Shown here in pieces: positions 38,246 to 53,281 of a stretch of 64,000 nucleotides of DNA (position 1 is the first letter of the stretch; every line of letters begins with the position of its first letter). This DNA is from Octopus vulgaris (lineage: Eukaryota), in NCBI GenBank assembly GCA_951406725.2, contig OX597818.1, forward strand, positions 5,828,001-5,892,000, read 5' to 3'. A program made the translations under genes and the position numbers. The notes below the pieces were generated by a model. It made no database searches, was not told the origin of the DNA, and saw only the letters and a program-made list of their open reading frames with translations.

Positions 38246-39538
38246 ATGTGTATAAACATAGTTAAATTCACTGTATGTGTAGATTTTGAATTTAACTTGC
38301 TATATACGTCATAAATCCCAGTATTCTCTTGTGTACTGGATGTCCGTTGTTGTTTTAGCTCTATTTCGCTCTGAGAATATTTCATCCACCTTCAGTCATC
38401 TGTTTCAAAGGGAATTATGTAATTTAAGGCTATATTTTCTACTAATGTTTATGGATCTAGTTTTGTTTTCTGCTGTGTTGTAGAATGCATTGCAAATGCT
38501 CCCTTTTGTAGATGTATGATAAACCGCTGCCAAAATATTGTGTTTATATGCTCAGTATAATAGTGAGCACGAAGACGTTTACACCTTCATGCTTACAATC
38601 GAATTGAAAATCAGAGTTCTTTTACTGTTAATGTTTTGCCAAAAGAGAATTTCGGGGAAAAAGACAAAACTTAGGAATGGTGATATATTACTACATTGCT
38701 TCCATGTATGTGATGTTAGCTACGTGAAAGTAAGGTAAGTTTTGACTGGTCGATAAATTATTGACTTTTGTTAGAAGAGATATATTACGTTCAGTTTTTC
38801 TTTTTTCCATTTTTGCAAATAAATAAGAGTTATTTCAAAACAATAATATACTATTTGTTCGGTTTATTTCTAATATTTCTGAACACTTTGGCTATGAAAC
38901 CCACATGAATGTATCCAGTCACATAAACAAAGCGTGCATGACCCTCAAAATCCAATAACACAAGAAACAACGCAAAACAAAACAAGATATGGAGACCGAT
39001 ACTTATGCCATATACATACATACATACACATATACATATAACATACAGACATATATATTTGTATGTAGCATCAGTATGTATGTGTGTGTATATGTATATA
39101 TTGGTATGTATGTGCATGATCATGGGACTATCTATTTGAAGATAATCAATGATGCAAATCAGAAAATATACGAACATGCACATCATGTCTTGCAGACTAT
39201 TATCGATTCAATGTAATCATCAAATCTTTTTGCTCTCCACACAGAAAATATCAAAGAAAAACAATATGAAGAATGGAAATAGATTTCTTATACTACTGTG
39301 GAGTAAATACAACCTGGAAGAGTACACATCAATGATTTTATAGACAACATCAAAGTAAAGCAATGACAGTAACTAGCGAGAGCAGATAAAGTATAAAACA
39401 AGGATAAGAATCAATGACTTATTGTAAATGGCCTCAAATTGATTTTCATGGTCACGGTGTAGTACTGTAGAACGTATAACTACGATGCATTTTATAAAAC
39501 ATATATCGATCTCTCCAACTAACCAACCTACGATGTAT

Positions 39539-39573
<35 letters not shown>

Positions 39574-40639
39574 TGTGTGTGCGTATTTGTATGTGTGTGT
39601 GTGCGTGGGTGTATGTTTGTGTGTGTAGTAATTTTGAAATCTGTCCATTTATCTTTATCTTATTTGTGTCATATTTTCATGTCTCTTCCTTTCTCAAAAC
39701 GTCAATTTATCATCTTACTAATCGATCTATTGATATAGCAATCAATAGTCATCCGATTTATGTATCTCGTCTATCAAAATATCCCAAGCTACATTCAGCT
39801 GTTCACCAAATTGGTAACATATCACAAAATATATCCTAACCCTATTTGTTGTATTTATTTTTATTCACTTGCCTCATCATCTTCCAGCCTTGTGTCTTTC
39901 TATCAATCTACTTCTATATCCATCATTGTTCGTATGAGTGTATTCTATATTTTTTACCACGAGCTTATGTATTTCATTGGCTCGTTAGATCTATCTCATA
40001 CAATGTACGCATGGGTGTATGCAATAAATTATATAATTATATTAATATAGTGTATTCTTGCTGTTATTACAATTAACAATAGTAAAGCTAGGTCCGTTTG
40101 ATGCGGAGTTAAGATAAGGAATGGGTAGTGAGAGATCAATAAAATACCAGTTATATGATGTGTGCTGACTCATGTAAGTTGCGTCCTGTTTGTCTCTTAG
40201 AAATGCATTAGATGTTGTAGAAAAGAAGGTTGTTTATGGCGTTTGGCATATGACAGGAAGTTTAAGCAGTAAAACAGGGGCCTCCGTGTGTCTAGGAATT
40301 GGCTTGCTAAACCTTTTCAGTTCACTATCGTTGTATAATTCTGAGAGGAATCTACATAGACGTCGTAAATCTTGTGTAGATATGTGATTCTGTTTTCATA
40401 CACACGTTCACGCACACACATACACGCAAACACACACACATACACACAAAAACATGCGCGCGCGCGCACACACAATAGACACACAGTTATACACATACAA
40501 GCGCTCAGAAAATACAAACACATGCATAGATTACTTCGAATATATTTCCTTGAAATATTTAGATCTGAGAAATTGTAGTTGCTACGTGCTACAGATTTTG
40601 AATTTGATAACATTTGGAGATGATATTTATTGAAACTAT

Positions 40640-41360
40640 TACGAGGATCGGCTGAAAAGTTCATAGAATGACTAAGTTATTCTTATGGAATGTGATCAAA
40701 CGACGTTTATTTTTCACCATAGTCACCCTTACAGACCACACAATTTTTCCATCGGTGTTGCAGGGCTTGGAAGACTTTTACATCTTGTTGGTCATAAAAA
40801 GTCATCAGCGGCAGATATAATGTCATCATCACTCAGATAGTGATTCCCAGCCAAGTGTTTTTACATGTTAGGGAACAGTTGATGGTCATATAGGTTTAAA
40901 CGGGAAAATAGAGAGTCTGATTTCAAAGCCACACTCACTCACATCAATCACTAAAACGTACGAATTGTGTGCTACACATTTGTCAGGATGAAACAAAACA
41001 CTTTTCGTAAATTTTTCTGTGCCTTTCGTAACTTTTCATAGCCTTTCGTAACTGCTTCGTCCAAGTTGGCATAGTTCTCTCCATTGTAGGTGTGGCCGTT
41101 CTTAATATCATAATGCCTTTCGCATCTCTACCACGAGTAGGTAAAGTGAAGAGTTCCAGGGCATGGGTTGTCTGTTTGTCTTTGACTCTACATGATGAAG
41201 ACAACACCCTTTCTGGATTAAGAAACGTTCAAGGAAACCAGCTGCATCTGCTTCGTACAATGTCAGATTTTCTCGTGATGCACTTTTGATTAGATGTCAG
41301 AGGACGTCGCACTTCTGAACAGAAAACTTCGTCATACCAAGTTCATTGAGCAGAATATTG
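40640..41360 (-). mobile_element. Mariner relic, third subfamily
   Basis: ta|cgaggatcggctgaaaagttc TIR-like end; reverse SRENLTLYEADAAGFLERFL, DAKGIM, GHTYNGENYANL, QLRKAMK. Confidence 0.7.
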
Positions 41361-42624
41361 TCCCTAGCATTAATATTAACTTCCCCGCAGATAATCGGAT
41401 CACTCTAATTTAAATCCGCAACTGCTTCACTTGTTAATAGTAAGGTGTACACTTCGATGCAGAATTTTCAATGAAAATTAACCAGCATATTTCCTTAATG
41501 AAAAGAAATGTTTAACATTTGCAATCATCAATCGTAATGATATTAAAGAAATTAATCTGCAGCCGTCTAACCCTTGCAAGTTATATTTTATATATTTCAT
41601 TATTTTATCTTATTTCGAAAACAAAATCTCCTCCAATTCCTCATTTCGAACGGAAGGATTATTTGTTCGCAGCAACTTTTTACGACGAGAACGTCTAAAT
41701 CATCAGTATTTAGGTGAAAAACAACCATAAATATTTCCTCAATCCAAGAGCACCGAGTATGCTTCTGTGTGGATAATGCTCAGTCTTTAGCAAGTAGGCA
41801 ACACATATACGTACATACCTGTACAGAAGGGATTTTATATGCTTTTTGTCCTCTTAAGTTACAAATGTTTTCCAATTCGAAACTTTGCAAACAAAAAATC
41901 GTATTACCAAAAACCAAGTATTTTCAAAGAAAACTTTCGATCCATAAAACGCATGCATGATAGATTGTTATTGCGGCACAGATGTAACATTGCCGAGGCA
42001 GAGCTAGATATTTTATACGAAATTGTTTGTGAATTCGTACGAATAACAGAACGTACTTTATTCAACTGGACAAAAGTCATTCATTATATCACAATTTAAA
42101 TCAAAATTAGCAAAAAGGAATCCCTCATAACGTTTCCTGTGCATACACTCTCCTTTCTGTGAAGAATGTATGGACTCGGATTTGCAGCTATAGTGCAGAT
42201 TTTATAAATGCACATGAATTTAAGTCTCTTATGTATGGCATCTGATATGTATGTTATCTGAAGATTAAATGGTGCGTCAGTGATACTTTCAGTAACTTAG
42301 AGACTGGTTGGTGTGTAGATGGATATGTGATACTCACATTCCGTAGAAGCTACTAAAGAGCGAAGCTCGAGTGATACTGCGATAAAAGTTGAAGATACAG
42401 AAGTGGTTGCAACAATGAAATACCTTTTATCACGATGAAGAGAAAGGGCATTGCAGGCATATTCTTAGGTAGTTTCTGCACATTTTGCATGGAGACAAAT
42501 TTTCGCTGACATGTATTCCCCATATTCATTGCTTGTGTACAAGTATTCAACTCATATACGCATATATTACATACAAGACTGAAGAGAAACTTTTGCATAC
42601 TTAAACTTCAATATATTTTATCTT

Positions 42625-42990
42625 TTATCTTATTCTTGTTTCCGCTACTAGACTTCGACCATGCTGGAGCACCACTTTGAAGAGAATTTAGTCGAATGAA
42701 TCCACAGTACTTGTATTTTGCTAAATCTGGTACTCAATCTATCGTTCTTTCTTGCTGAGCTGATAAGTTACGGGGATGTAAACACACATGTTGTCAAGCG
42801 GTACTGGGAAACACACACACACACATGCACACACACACACACACAAACATTCATCTGCAAACTCCACTCACAAGGCTTTGGTCGGACCAAAGCTATATAA
42901 GAAGACACTCTCCCAAAGTGCCACGCTGTAGAACTGAACACGGAACCGTGGGTTTTGAAGCAAACTCCTTACCACACAGCCACATCTGCG
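42625..42990 (-). mobile_element. CORE-type SINE, near full length
   Basis: ccatgctggagcaccac...cactcacaaggctttggtcgg...ccttaccacacagccac. Confidence 0.85.
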
Positions 42991-44012
42991 TTTAAAGTAT
43001 GTTCGATTATTTGAGTAAACTAATTAGGCTTTTTTATCTTATAGATTATAGTTATCTTGATTTCGTTCACTCTCCTTTCTTTCAATCAAACTTTTAAACA
43101 TCTGAAAGGTCATTTGAAATTGTTTTGGGGCATGTTTTCAAAAAAGATATATTTCGTAAAATGTGTTCATAAAAATTACTTGAAGCATTGCTCAAATATA
43201 TTAAAATAATATATTTATAATATAATCAAATATATTGCTGCTATATTTATATTTCTTGTGAAACGTAAAGATAACAAAATACCAATAATTCAATGCTGTT
43301 TAATGTTTATCGTTTCTGGAAAAACATAGTACCATACCATTTCGTTTTCTAAAATTCTTAAATTTATATAAATATTATTGAATTTTAACTATACCATTAT
43401 AGCGTAGAATTAAAAATTTATTACAATTAGAATTTTAGTATATTTAAAGAATTAATATATGCGATTTATAAAATATTTCGCGAAATTGTAGGATTTGTTG
43501 TAAACATTCATAAAAGAATATATTAGAAAACGTTATTATATAACATCACATAACAATTCCTAGACATAGATATGCTTAGCTTCTATGATTCGAGGGTAAT
43601 TTTCTAGATAGTTTCAATCACATTTATATAGCTTATTGATTTTATTGAATTTCTTCCACATTGTCCGGGAAATAGTAATAGTCAATTTACCCTATACTGT
43701 ATTATTTGATTAAATAACAAACATACAATTAAAACTACGAAAATATAAATGTATTAATCTGTGTCAAATTTAATCATATATGAATTGATTCATACTGTAT
43801 TATTTAATTACACTTGTTTGGCTTTCAGTTTTTGAAATGACATTTCATTTCGAAAGTTTTACACAATGAACAAAAGATAGAATATTATTACTTTCGGTGA
43901 CTAGGTCAACACTTATTCACCTAAAAATTCAAACATATATAAGAATTCGTTAATCAATAAAATTGTTGATATTACTAGAAAAATGTCAAAACGTTTTCAT
44001 AATTATAAAATC

Positions 44013-44181
<169 letters not shown>

Positions 44182-44375
44182 ATGGTTCTTCTTCGACATC
44201 AGTCGCAGAAGAACCTTTAATGAACACTAATACTAACAAAAATTAACAAATTCCGGAAAAAATAATCGATGAGCTAAACCACATAACAGAAGAAAGAGCT
44301 AAAGTGTTAATAAAAATATATATAATCATCCAGCATTCTGACTGCCTTATTATTCTCAGTATATACATCACATGG

Positions 44376-44858
44376 AAAAATGCGAGCATGAAAATAATAT
44401 TCTTAAGATTGTAAACAAGTTATTACACCTGTAAAATATTGGACAAACTATTACTTCAAGTAAAGTAAAGAATAAGAAACTTTTTACTAAAAATATTGCA
44501 GCAATGAATGCCAGTTCTTCTAATTTATCACTCTTTACAGTTCTCATATTTTAAATTTCTTGTACAAAACTGTTCAGCTAATTTGTAAGATTGTCTCATT
44601 AGTCCGTTTTTTCTGTATTTAAGGTAGTAAAGTAGCCAAATTCTACTTAAATACGTATAGTGTGATTTGTAAACTATAATAAAATATTTTTAATATTCAA
44701 ATTTTAATTTTAGATGCAATATTTTAGGTAAAAAGTTTCTTATTCTTTATTTTACTTGAAGAAATAGTTTGTCCTGTACTTTTACAGGTATAATTACTTG
44801 TCCTATACATTTTCAGGTTTATAATCTTAAGAATATTACTTTTCATGCTCGCATTTTT
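44376..44858. mobile_element. MITE/foldback-like element with ~125-145-bp imperfect TIRs
   Basis: aaaaatgcgagcatgaaaa...aatattgca (44376-44500) is inverted relative to tgcaatatt...ttttcatgctcgcattttt (44715-44858). Confidence 0.78.
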
Positions 44859-45234
44859 TACTCAGCTGGTTGACATAGTAATATTTATAATAATTTAGAA
44901 AAGTTTCGGACATGTAAATATCAAATCCTCGTGATCGTATTCTTTGCCTAGATTTAATGATTTGCTATGCTCTCCTTTTTACTATTGCATTTTGAGATGT
45001 GAGACTGATCCTCTTAGTGCTATGCTTTTATCCTAAAAATTCGCTTTACTTATCTATATAAATATATTTCTTTTGAGGATTCCATTTACAGTTTGATATT
45101 TGATTCGTGGAACCCGATGTAGTCGCCAGGGTGTTTTCACCAGAAATCACAATGACAATAAACAAAAAAACAAAACCACAACCACCACAACCACCACCAC
45201 CACCACGAACAACAACAACAACAACAATAATAAT

Positions 45235-46030
45235 GATGATTTTTTTGTTTGCTTCATGGGCGAAGGATGAGGGGGACAATACAAGGACACATCAAGCGTG
45301 GAGGTTTACATATAATGAATTGATAAGGAAAAAAATTAAGTGTACTCGGTATACACTGAAAAAGAAGGGAGGTATGCGCAACATACATAAGTTTTAAAGA
45401 ATGGCGGGAAGGATGATAGATATGTGACCCTCCTGATACAGGCTGGCTTCGAGGGATAATCGCGGAACACCACTGTCCGATATTTCTCGAAACACCAAGA
45501 GCAAGAGACTCTCCAATTCCTTCCCTCTGACTCACAGGTCTACCTGAGTGGGGTACCGTCCACACTTGCCATTTTCGCAACTTACATCCACCTTTCAATA
45601 AACTCACTGGAGGACAGTACTTCCCTCTCCGCTTTCAATTTCTTTTTCAAGTGAAACTTGACGAAGTCAATGAGAGTTCTACCAAAGAGGAATGTATCTG
45701 ATCTCATGCCTTTCAGCCTTGTTCAGCAAACAAATTCTTTTGCTTCGTACAGACACCAGGTAAATGAAAACTGCTTTGCCTGCCCGATTTGAGAATGGCG
45801 GCGGTAAGATCATCACTACTCACTCAGCCGACAGGAGGATCCCTTCCACACGCAACTGCAAGGACAAGTCAGCAATGCCCGAACACTGAACGAGCGCGTG
45901 CATGTAGAGTTTATCTGGAATCGGTAGCGCTAGGCCATCTTGAAATTATATTTCGCAACCGGAAAGTTCTTCCGAACAGACTGGACAGCTCGTTCTCATC
46001 GGCACCCAGCGTTAGAAGCTGCGCAAGGCA
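45235..46030 (-). mobile_element. L1/Tx1-like non-LTR 3' fragment
   Basis: Reverse: ALPIPDKLY, HALVQC..IADL, LSAE*VVMILPPP, KAVFIYLV, then a 3' UTR ending in an A-rich/simple-repeat tail. Confidence 0.6.
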
Positions 46031-46064
46031 ATTATAATAACAACAACAACAACAATAATAATAA

Positions 46065-46218
46065 TAAGGCCTAAACTTTTGGCGGAAGAGGACTAGCCGA
46101 TTACATCAACCCCAGTGTGTTACTGGTACTTAATTTATCGACCCTGAAAGGATGAAACGCAAGGTCGACCTCGGTTGAATTTGAACTCAGAACGTCGCCC
46201 GGCGTGCTAACGATTCAA
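46065..46218 (-). mobile_element. tRNA-derived SINE with Meta-domain-like core
   Basis: Reverse: gaatcgttagcacgccgggcg..gagttcaaatt (B-box-like)..tttcatcctttcagggtcgataaattaagtaccag. Confidence 0.8.
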
Positions 46219-47199
46219 TTTGAACATAATGTAATTTTTAGATTAAAACGAAAGCATCCGTATAATAAAAATGGAAAATGTAACAAAAAAATAACGGAGA
46301 ATGCGAAAGAATTCTGAACAGGAATTCGGTATTGACTGGTTGCATATCATGGAAATGCAGAATAGTACAGAGCAGTTAAATCTGACTTAGTGCAAAAGAA
46401 TAACTATCAATCTATATGGCCAGGAATAACATCTAGCAATATGTAAATATAAGCAAATTAGAAACACCCATGACCATAGTTTGGATATAAGATCTAAAAT
46501 CTTTGTCCAGCAAAGTCGAAAAATCACCTTAATTTATATGTAACACATAAATAATACTGGTACATGTATGAGAGATCAACAACTTTGTTAATGAAACATC
46601 CCAAACAGGTGAAATTCATTCAGAAATTAACGACAAATCACATGTCACATATTAGTCATTATTATACTATTTTCAACCTAAAGTATGTAATAATTTGATG
46701 TAGAAAATATATATGACTGTTCAACAACAGTTTTGCAGGGAACACTCAAAAGCACCGTTACCAACAGATCATTGAGAAAATAATAACGAAGAATTACAAC
46801 TGACGACAGGCTAATCTATGCACGACGTGAGACGACTTAAAATCTTTTTACAATTGGGGTCACTGTGCTTCGATTTTGGGGTTTCTTTGGCATGTTTTGT
46901 TTTCGGCATGTTTTAAAACATCTTCTTTCTTCACAACACTACTGTGATAAAAATCACTGAGAAGTGTAGCTTTCTTGTTAGGTGTAAACCCATTAATGCT
47001 CAATGACTCTTAGGGAAGTCAACATGCCCTAGAAATGTACGATGAAGTGCACCTTCCCTAAAACATCTATTCTTCGTGCAAGGTATAAAGATATTCGTAA
47101 ATTCTGAAAAAAAAGGAAATAAATAATTCATAATACACTGAATGCGTTTTGTAGGGAAATTGGAAGAGCGTTCCTTTTATAAAAATATATGGCCTTAGT

Positions 47200-48130
47200 T
47201 ATGAAGAAACAGATGAGTGCCCACATTTTAATAGAATAATCTTACACGAAGATCATGATAATAACGGATGGAAATTTGTAGATATATTACGAGTGATGAA
47301 CTTATGCGAAAGTAAATGAAGGTAAATGTAAGAACAATATATTTCAAAAGATAACAGCTCATATTAATGTTCAAATTTACTTCAAGGAAGCCAATTGAGT
47401 TCAATTGATGGGTAATCGTATTTAAATAGTGAATTGGAAGAATTGGACGAAAAATGAAATATGAGTACTAGATGAAAGTAAAAGGAGGAAAACTATGCCA
47501 GAAGCAGTTGATCCAAATTGAAATGCCGGTGCTGTACACAGAGAAAGATTTATTAGAGAAGGTGGAAGAGGAAATATTTGTATCTATGACTGTGGGAAAA
47601 ATGGTTCGTACATTCCTGCCATGCCAAGAATTAAGAAGTAATTGATGCTGTGAAATAGGAACTTATTTGTATTCAAGTTGAGAAGAAAAAATAGCAATGC
47701 AAACATTTTCTGAAAGGAAATACGACTATATGGAAAGTTCCAGAGAGGGACCAAATTAAGAGAAACCATGACTCCACTTGGAACTGGGTTTGTATTGGTG
47801 ATTGAACTGAGAGATTAGTGATCGTTTACTAAAGATCATACCCTTAACAATAATTATCTCAATGACAATCAGGTGAGCTTTCCACAGTAACAACTATAAA
47901 AGATCGCATTCAATATTCAAGATGTTCCCATTTATGTTCGTCCCACACATATGCGAATGAATATCAAACGGATTCTGATAGATTAAGCAAACTTGCAAAG
48001 ATAGGGTGGGAGAAGTAAAAATTTCCAGTAGGGAAAATAACAAAGCAAAAGATATTTCAAGAAACTGCAATAGAGTACATCTGCAAATAAGAAACTCTTA
48101 ATTACGATGAAATAGAATTAGTGCTTTGAG
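47200..48130 (+). mobile_element. Very degenerate R4/Dong-like RT-to-RLE fragment
   Basis: Traces NWTKNEI*VLD, REGGRG..CIYDC, YGKFQR, WNWVCIGD, KDHTLNNNYL in the expected order. Confidence 0.5.
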
Positions 48131-48964
48131 AAGTGGAAACAACTTCCAACTTAAATGAAAACCAGTTCACTGATTATGGATAACAAACTTATCATAATTT
48201 ACAATACACAAAAGATTATACTAAGTTATCAATGCAAGCCGTTCAGAATGATTATTTTTCCTTCAGTCACAGAAACTGGAGGTGGTGTGCCATGCGCTGA
48301 TTGTCCCTCTTATGAAATCCCCGCCATAATACCACGACTTGTAGCGCTTATGCTTGCATCTCACAGTCTGGGAACTGCTTTCGGTGTATTTACACCATTT
48401 ATCTACAGCGAGAAATTTTCTCCAAGTTAAAACACAGTGAATTGTTTTCTTACGGGTTCAAATATATTCGAAGCCTATTTGAGCTGATAAACTTGTATTT
48501 ATATACATTACCGATTTGTACTGCAACCCAATAAGAAATTATATCTAATCGAAGAACGGATCGATTAGGTAGTGTTCAAATATTAACATAATAACAAGAA
48601 AGTATGTCAAATTTCAGACACAATGTATTATATGTCTTCACTCAATGTCTCGTTTTTTGTGTTATATGACATGAAGATATATAGAATTTCCTGCTCTGTA
48701 TGCTACATGATAATCGCCAGTTGGTAACGTGATCAGCAATAAGTATTCTAATCAATGCAAATGGAACTTTTAAGTGTTATATCTTGATTTGGTGGTTGTG
48801 TATTGTTTTCATACAATTTTGTTATCTTCGTGAATTTGGTCAATAAATCTTAAGAGCATTTAAGTGTATAGTATGTGACATCTCCTAGAGTTTGCTACAT
48901 CTTATTTGAACTTCATTATCACATCTTGAACATGTTTTGTTGTATCATATTATTATTAATATTA

Positions 48965-50500
48965 TTTATTGTCTTTGCACAACTTCTAACGCTGGAGATG
49001 TACAACGGTGTCGGTTGTTCACTACCAGAGAACTAAGATAACATCTCTTATTTTTCGAGCACCATCAAGAGTATTCGAGCGGTTCCAAGCAGTGCTGTTT
49101 TTTGCATGTGCTTTACCCTTATTGTACTTCTCAAGATTTTTACTCACTGTTCTCAGGGCTCCGAAAATTATTGGTACTACTACCTCCATTTTCATCGACC
49201 ACAACTGCTTCACCTCCGAAGCTAACCTGTCACACCTATCGACTTTTCTTCCTTTCCTATCGCACACCTTGTTTTCATTTGGGCATGTTATATCTATGAT
49301 CCAGCATCTTTCGATTTCTTTCTCAATTATCACTATGTCTGGCTTCCTATTTTCTACCTCATGGTTGCACTGAATCATAAAATTCCATAGGATCTTGGCA
49401 ATATCATTTTCGATGATGTTCCGGGTTTATGTTCGTACCAATCTTTTGCTCTGTCGAGTCCATACTTGTTGCAAAGTGTCCAAGGGACGAATCCTTGCTA
49501 TGTTGTCATGACGCCTCTAATATTTTTCTGGGCTAGTGGTTTACAATGACTAGTAATATGCCGTACGGTTTCACCATTTTGTCCCCAAATTCTGCCCTTA
49601 TCACTTTCTGATGTGTTGTATATTGTGTAGTTGATGTAAATGGTTATTAATGCTTGTTGTTTGGCAGCACAGATTAGAACCTCCGTTACCGGTTTTAAAT
49701 CACTTTTAGTCATCCATAGACATCTTTTTCTCTGTCTGTCATATCATGAACATCCCTATGAAATTGTCTGTGCATTACTTTCTTTAACCACCTATTTTCA
49801 GTTTCATTCGTTCTTGTAAATAGCTTTCTCTTTGCGAACTTCCATCCTACACAAGCCTGACTTTCTTACTTCCAATAATAGTGGTTCTGTGGAATTTTTT
49901 TTACATACAAAGCTATGTTGTTTTCTTCTGCTCTAATGCTGTGTTCGCATCCATTAAGTCTTCCTCCCCCTCTTTTTCTTGGTACATACAGTCTGTCTGT
50001 GTAACTTTTTGGGTGGAATATCCCATATCTAGTCAGCAAATTCCTTGTATTTTCTAAGCTCTTTAGTTCCTTCATGCGATTACCTATGCTCCATATCTAA
50101 GTAGTGAGACAGCTCAGGTGTTGATAGCTTCAGTCTTATTCCGTCCGTTTAATTTCGACTTACGGATGTGCCTCAGTTTGCGCAACTAGACCACCTTAAT
50201 TTTTTGTCTCATTTCTTTCTCCATCAATTTATCAATTTCCAATATTCCCAAGTACTTATAGCCTGTCTCTTATGTTTGATTCATAACCTCCTCCGACGTT
50301 ATCGCTCGCTCGTCCATACATATGATTTTGTCTCTCTTCAAGACTAACACACCACACTTTTTTCAGTCCGAACTCCATTCTGATACCAGCCCTGAAAGTA
50401 TACACCATATTAATTAGGGATCTGACTTGGGCTTCATCTTTACCATAAGGTTTGAGATCATCCATGAATAACAAGTGGTTATTCGTGAATGACTCCAAAC
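48965..50500 (-). mobile_element. R4/Dong-like non-LTR relic (RT C-terminal half and RLE)
   Basis: NHLLFMDDLK, GMEFGLKK-like, YKYLG, FHPKSYTDRLYVPRKRGG, LKPVTEVLICAAKQQAL, RKPDIVIIEKE..IIDITCP, VPIIFGAL. Confidence 0.92.
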
Positions 50501-50502
50501 AT

Positions 50503-50586
<84 letters not shown>

Positions 50587-50612
50587 CATTATTGTCATTA
50601 TTATTATTATTG

Positions 50613-50692
<80 letters not shown>

Positions 50693-50696
50693 TTAA

Positions 50697-50774
<78 letters not shown>

Positions 50775-50775
50775 C
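50503..50775. repeat. (AAT)n switching to (ATT)n microsatellite
   Basis: Polarity flips near 50555. Confidence 0.95.
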
Positions 50776-50777
50776 AT

Positions 50778-51185
50778 AGACGTCGCAGAGTATACAATAT
50801 TGAGAGGTTGTTGATTGAAGATATAGTGTTTCCCTGGGGTTTGTACTGACAGTTCTTTACGCAATATGCGTGCAGTTCCAAGTAATGCCAGACTGTAGGG
50901 CATTTCTGTTTTCAGATTTCTTTTTTTAGATTGGGTGGTAATGCTCTGATGACAATAGGGATAACCATTATGTTTGACTCTCGTAGCTGCCACATTTTAG
51001 CGATCTCAATTCTCAGGTCTCCATATTTGTCAGCCGTTTGTGTTTCTTTCATGATAATGTGTTGATCTCCTGACACTGCCACGTCAATTATTAGGCATTC
51101 CTGTTTGCCCCCCATAAAGGCTACTATATCCGCCCTTCTGTGCTCTAATACCATGTCTGTCTGGAAGCCATAAGATTTTTGCCTT
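50778..51185 (-). mobile_element. R4/Dong-like RLE 3' fragment
   Basis: FQTDMVLEHRRADIVAF..CLIIDVAVSGD..KYGDLRIEIAKMW..ALLGTARILRKELSV. Confidence 0.88.
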
Positions 51186-51189
51186 TTCC

Positions 51190-51209
51190 TTTTATCATTA
51201 TTATAATTA

Positions 51210-51273
<64 letters not shown>

Positions 51274-51321
51274 CATTATTATTATTATTATTGTTCTTAT
51301 TGTTGTTGTTGTTGTTGTTGC

Positions 51322-51376
<55 letters not shown>

Positions 51377-51421
51377 TATTATTATTATTATTATTATTCT
51401 TATTGTTGTTGTTGTTGTTGC

Positions 51422-51476
<55 letters not shown>

Positions 51477-51495
51477 TTAGTATTGTTATTATTAC
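51190..51495. repeat. (ATT)n/(GTT)n compound microsatellite with an internal ~105-bp duplication
   Basis: ttcttattgttgttgtt..gctgttatt occurs twice (~51294 and ~51397). Confidence 0.93.
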
Positions 51496-53281
51496 TAAAG
51501 TTTCTGTTGTACAATAATCTACTAACTCAAATTCCTGAAAAATTGAAATGCACTTTTCATCATTCAGTAAGGATTATTTGAAAGAATCATCAGTTTAATT
51601 ATTAAATTAAATTAAATACATTGATATATTATTGTATTAAAAAAAACCCGAAGACAAATAAATACATTTATACGCAGTTAATTTATCACTAAATTTATAC
51701 TTTACCTAGTTTGTCGCGAAAAGATTTCTACGCATATTTTCCTGGTATACTCTGTTTAGTATAAACGTCTTTGAAATTTATAACGACAATAAAAAAGTAA
51801 GGAACAGAATATAAAGCATTATTGTGTTTAAAATACCATTTGTAATGTAATTATTAGAACTACTATTCATTTGTTGAAGTCTTACTCTATTATCATTTTC
51901 CCTGTGTACAAGTCGTTAAATGTGTGCACTTGTACAAACATACATACATATGCATATATGCATACAGACATGGAAGCCCAAACTCGCATACAGATGAGAC
52001 ACATACTCGCACCTCCACCCACGCGCACGCACACGCACACACACACACTAACACACACATACACATATGTGTGTGTGTGTGTTTGAGTAAAGTACAAAGT
52101 GACACAGCAGATATGTAGGCGTTACATGCATTGTGTCGAAAGATAGCTGGCATTGAATGTCTCCATTACCATCCATCAAAATTTGTTGGAGCCAATTAAG
52201 ACGAACAATTGGATGAATGGTATGCAAAGGTGGTAAAAACAACTGGCCTTTCTTATCTGATAAAGCTCACTTACAAGATTGATCTCGAGTCTTAAAATAA
52301 CACATGAGCCATCTGCAACACTTCGGTTGTCAATTGACTCTCTTTCTTTGGCATCATATTATCAGAAATTTACGCACAAAGAGAATTATATTCCAATAAT
52401 ATTCTGTAAATCTAACCTACAACGACAGTTCTTAAGAGACATGAATTATGCGTTCTTGTATATTTATGTTTGTTGTTAATCTTATAATACACCATGAGTA
52501 AATCGAATTACGATTTTGTCTCGCTGTTCACTGTAGGCATCTGTATGCATTAAATTGAAATATATTGTTGCACATGAATATGTATATATCCCTATAGAAA
52601 TGGACATCGTTACATACATATACGTGAAGTGTGTGCGCGTCTATATGTGTAGGATTGGCTGCATGAATGCATGAATGCGTTCATATATGCGTTTTTCAAC
52701 ATCGGTGATTTTAGTGCATGTGAGAAACAGAATAATTTATATTTCTGTATATTTTACAGATTGCTGATCACTAATATTACTGAAACTTTATTTCATCGAC
52801 ACTAGGACTTCAGATCTCAATTCGTCCACAATAGAAATTTAAAAGAGTATATAGAGATGTTGGGAATGATTTTTCCCCAACGAAATGTTCGAAATGAATT
52901 CTTTTCTGTACGCATTTGTATCTTATCGAGAACGCTCTACCATGTATTTATCACGAAACGGCTGCAATCGCTGACATTTCACTCACTACTCTCCGCCGTT
53001 TCTCTGAGTTATCCGCAAACATAGCTATTTACATCAATCATCTGAAGTCAAGCCTCTTATAACGTTATCAGTAATAATGTGATTTGTAAGATAGTAATAT
53101 GAAGAACAAACATAGCGACATATGGAATATATATATATGATAAATGGTAAACATAGGCTTACAATGCTTCATGGTTATGTTTCAAACCTGGTCGAACCCT
53201 TTTCTTTGCATGTCCTATTGCAGCTTGTTTGTACCATAAACTGAAAGTGTGACCAACAAATATAGTTAATAAGAAAGACGA

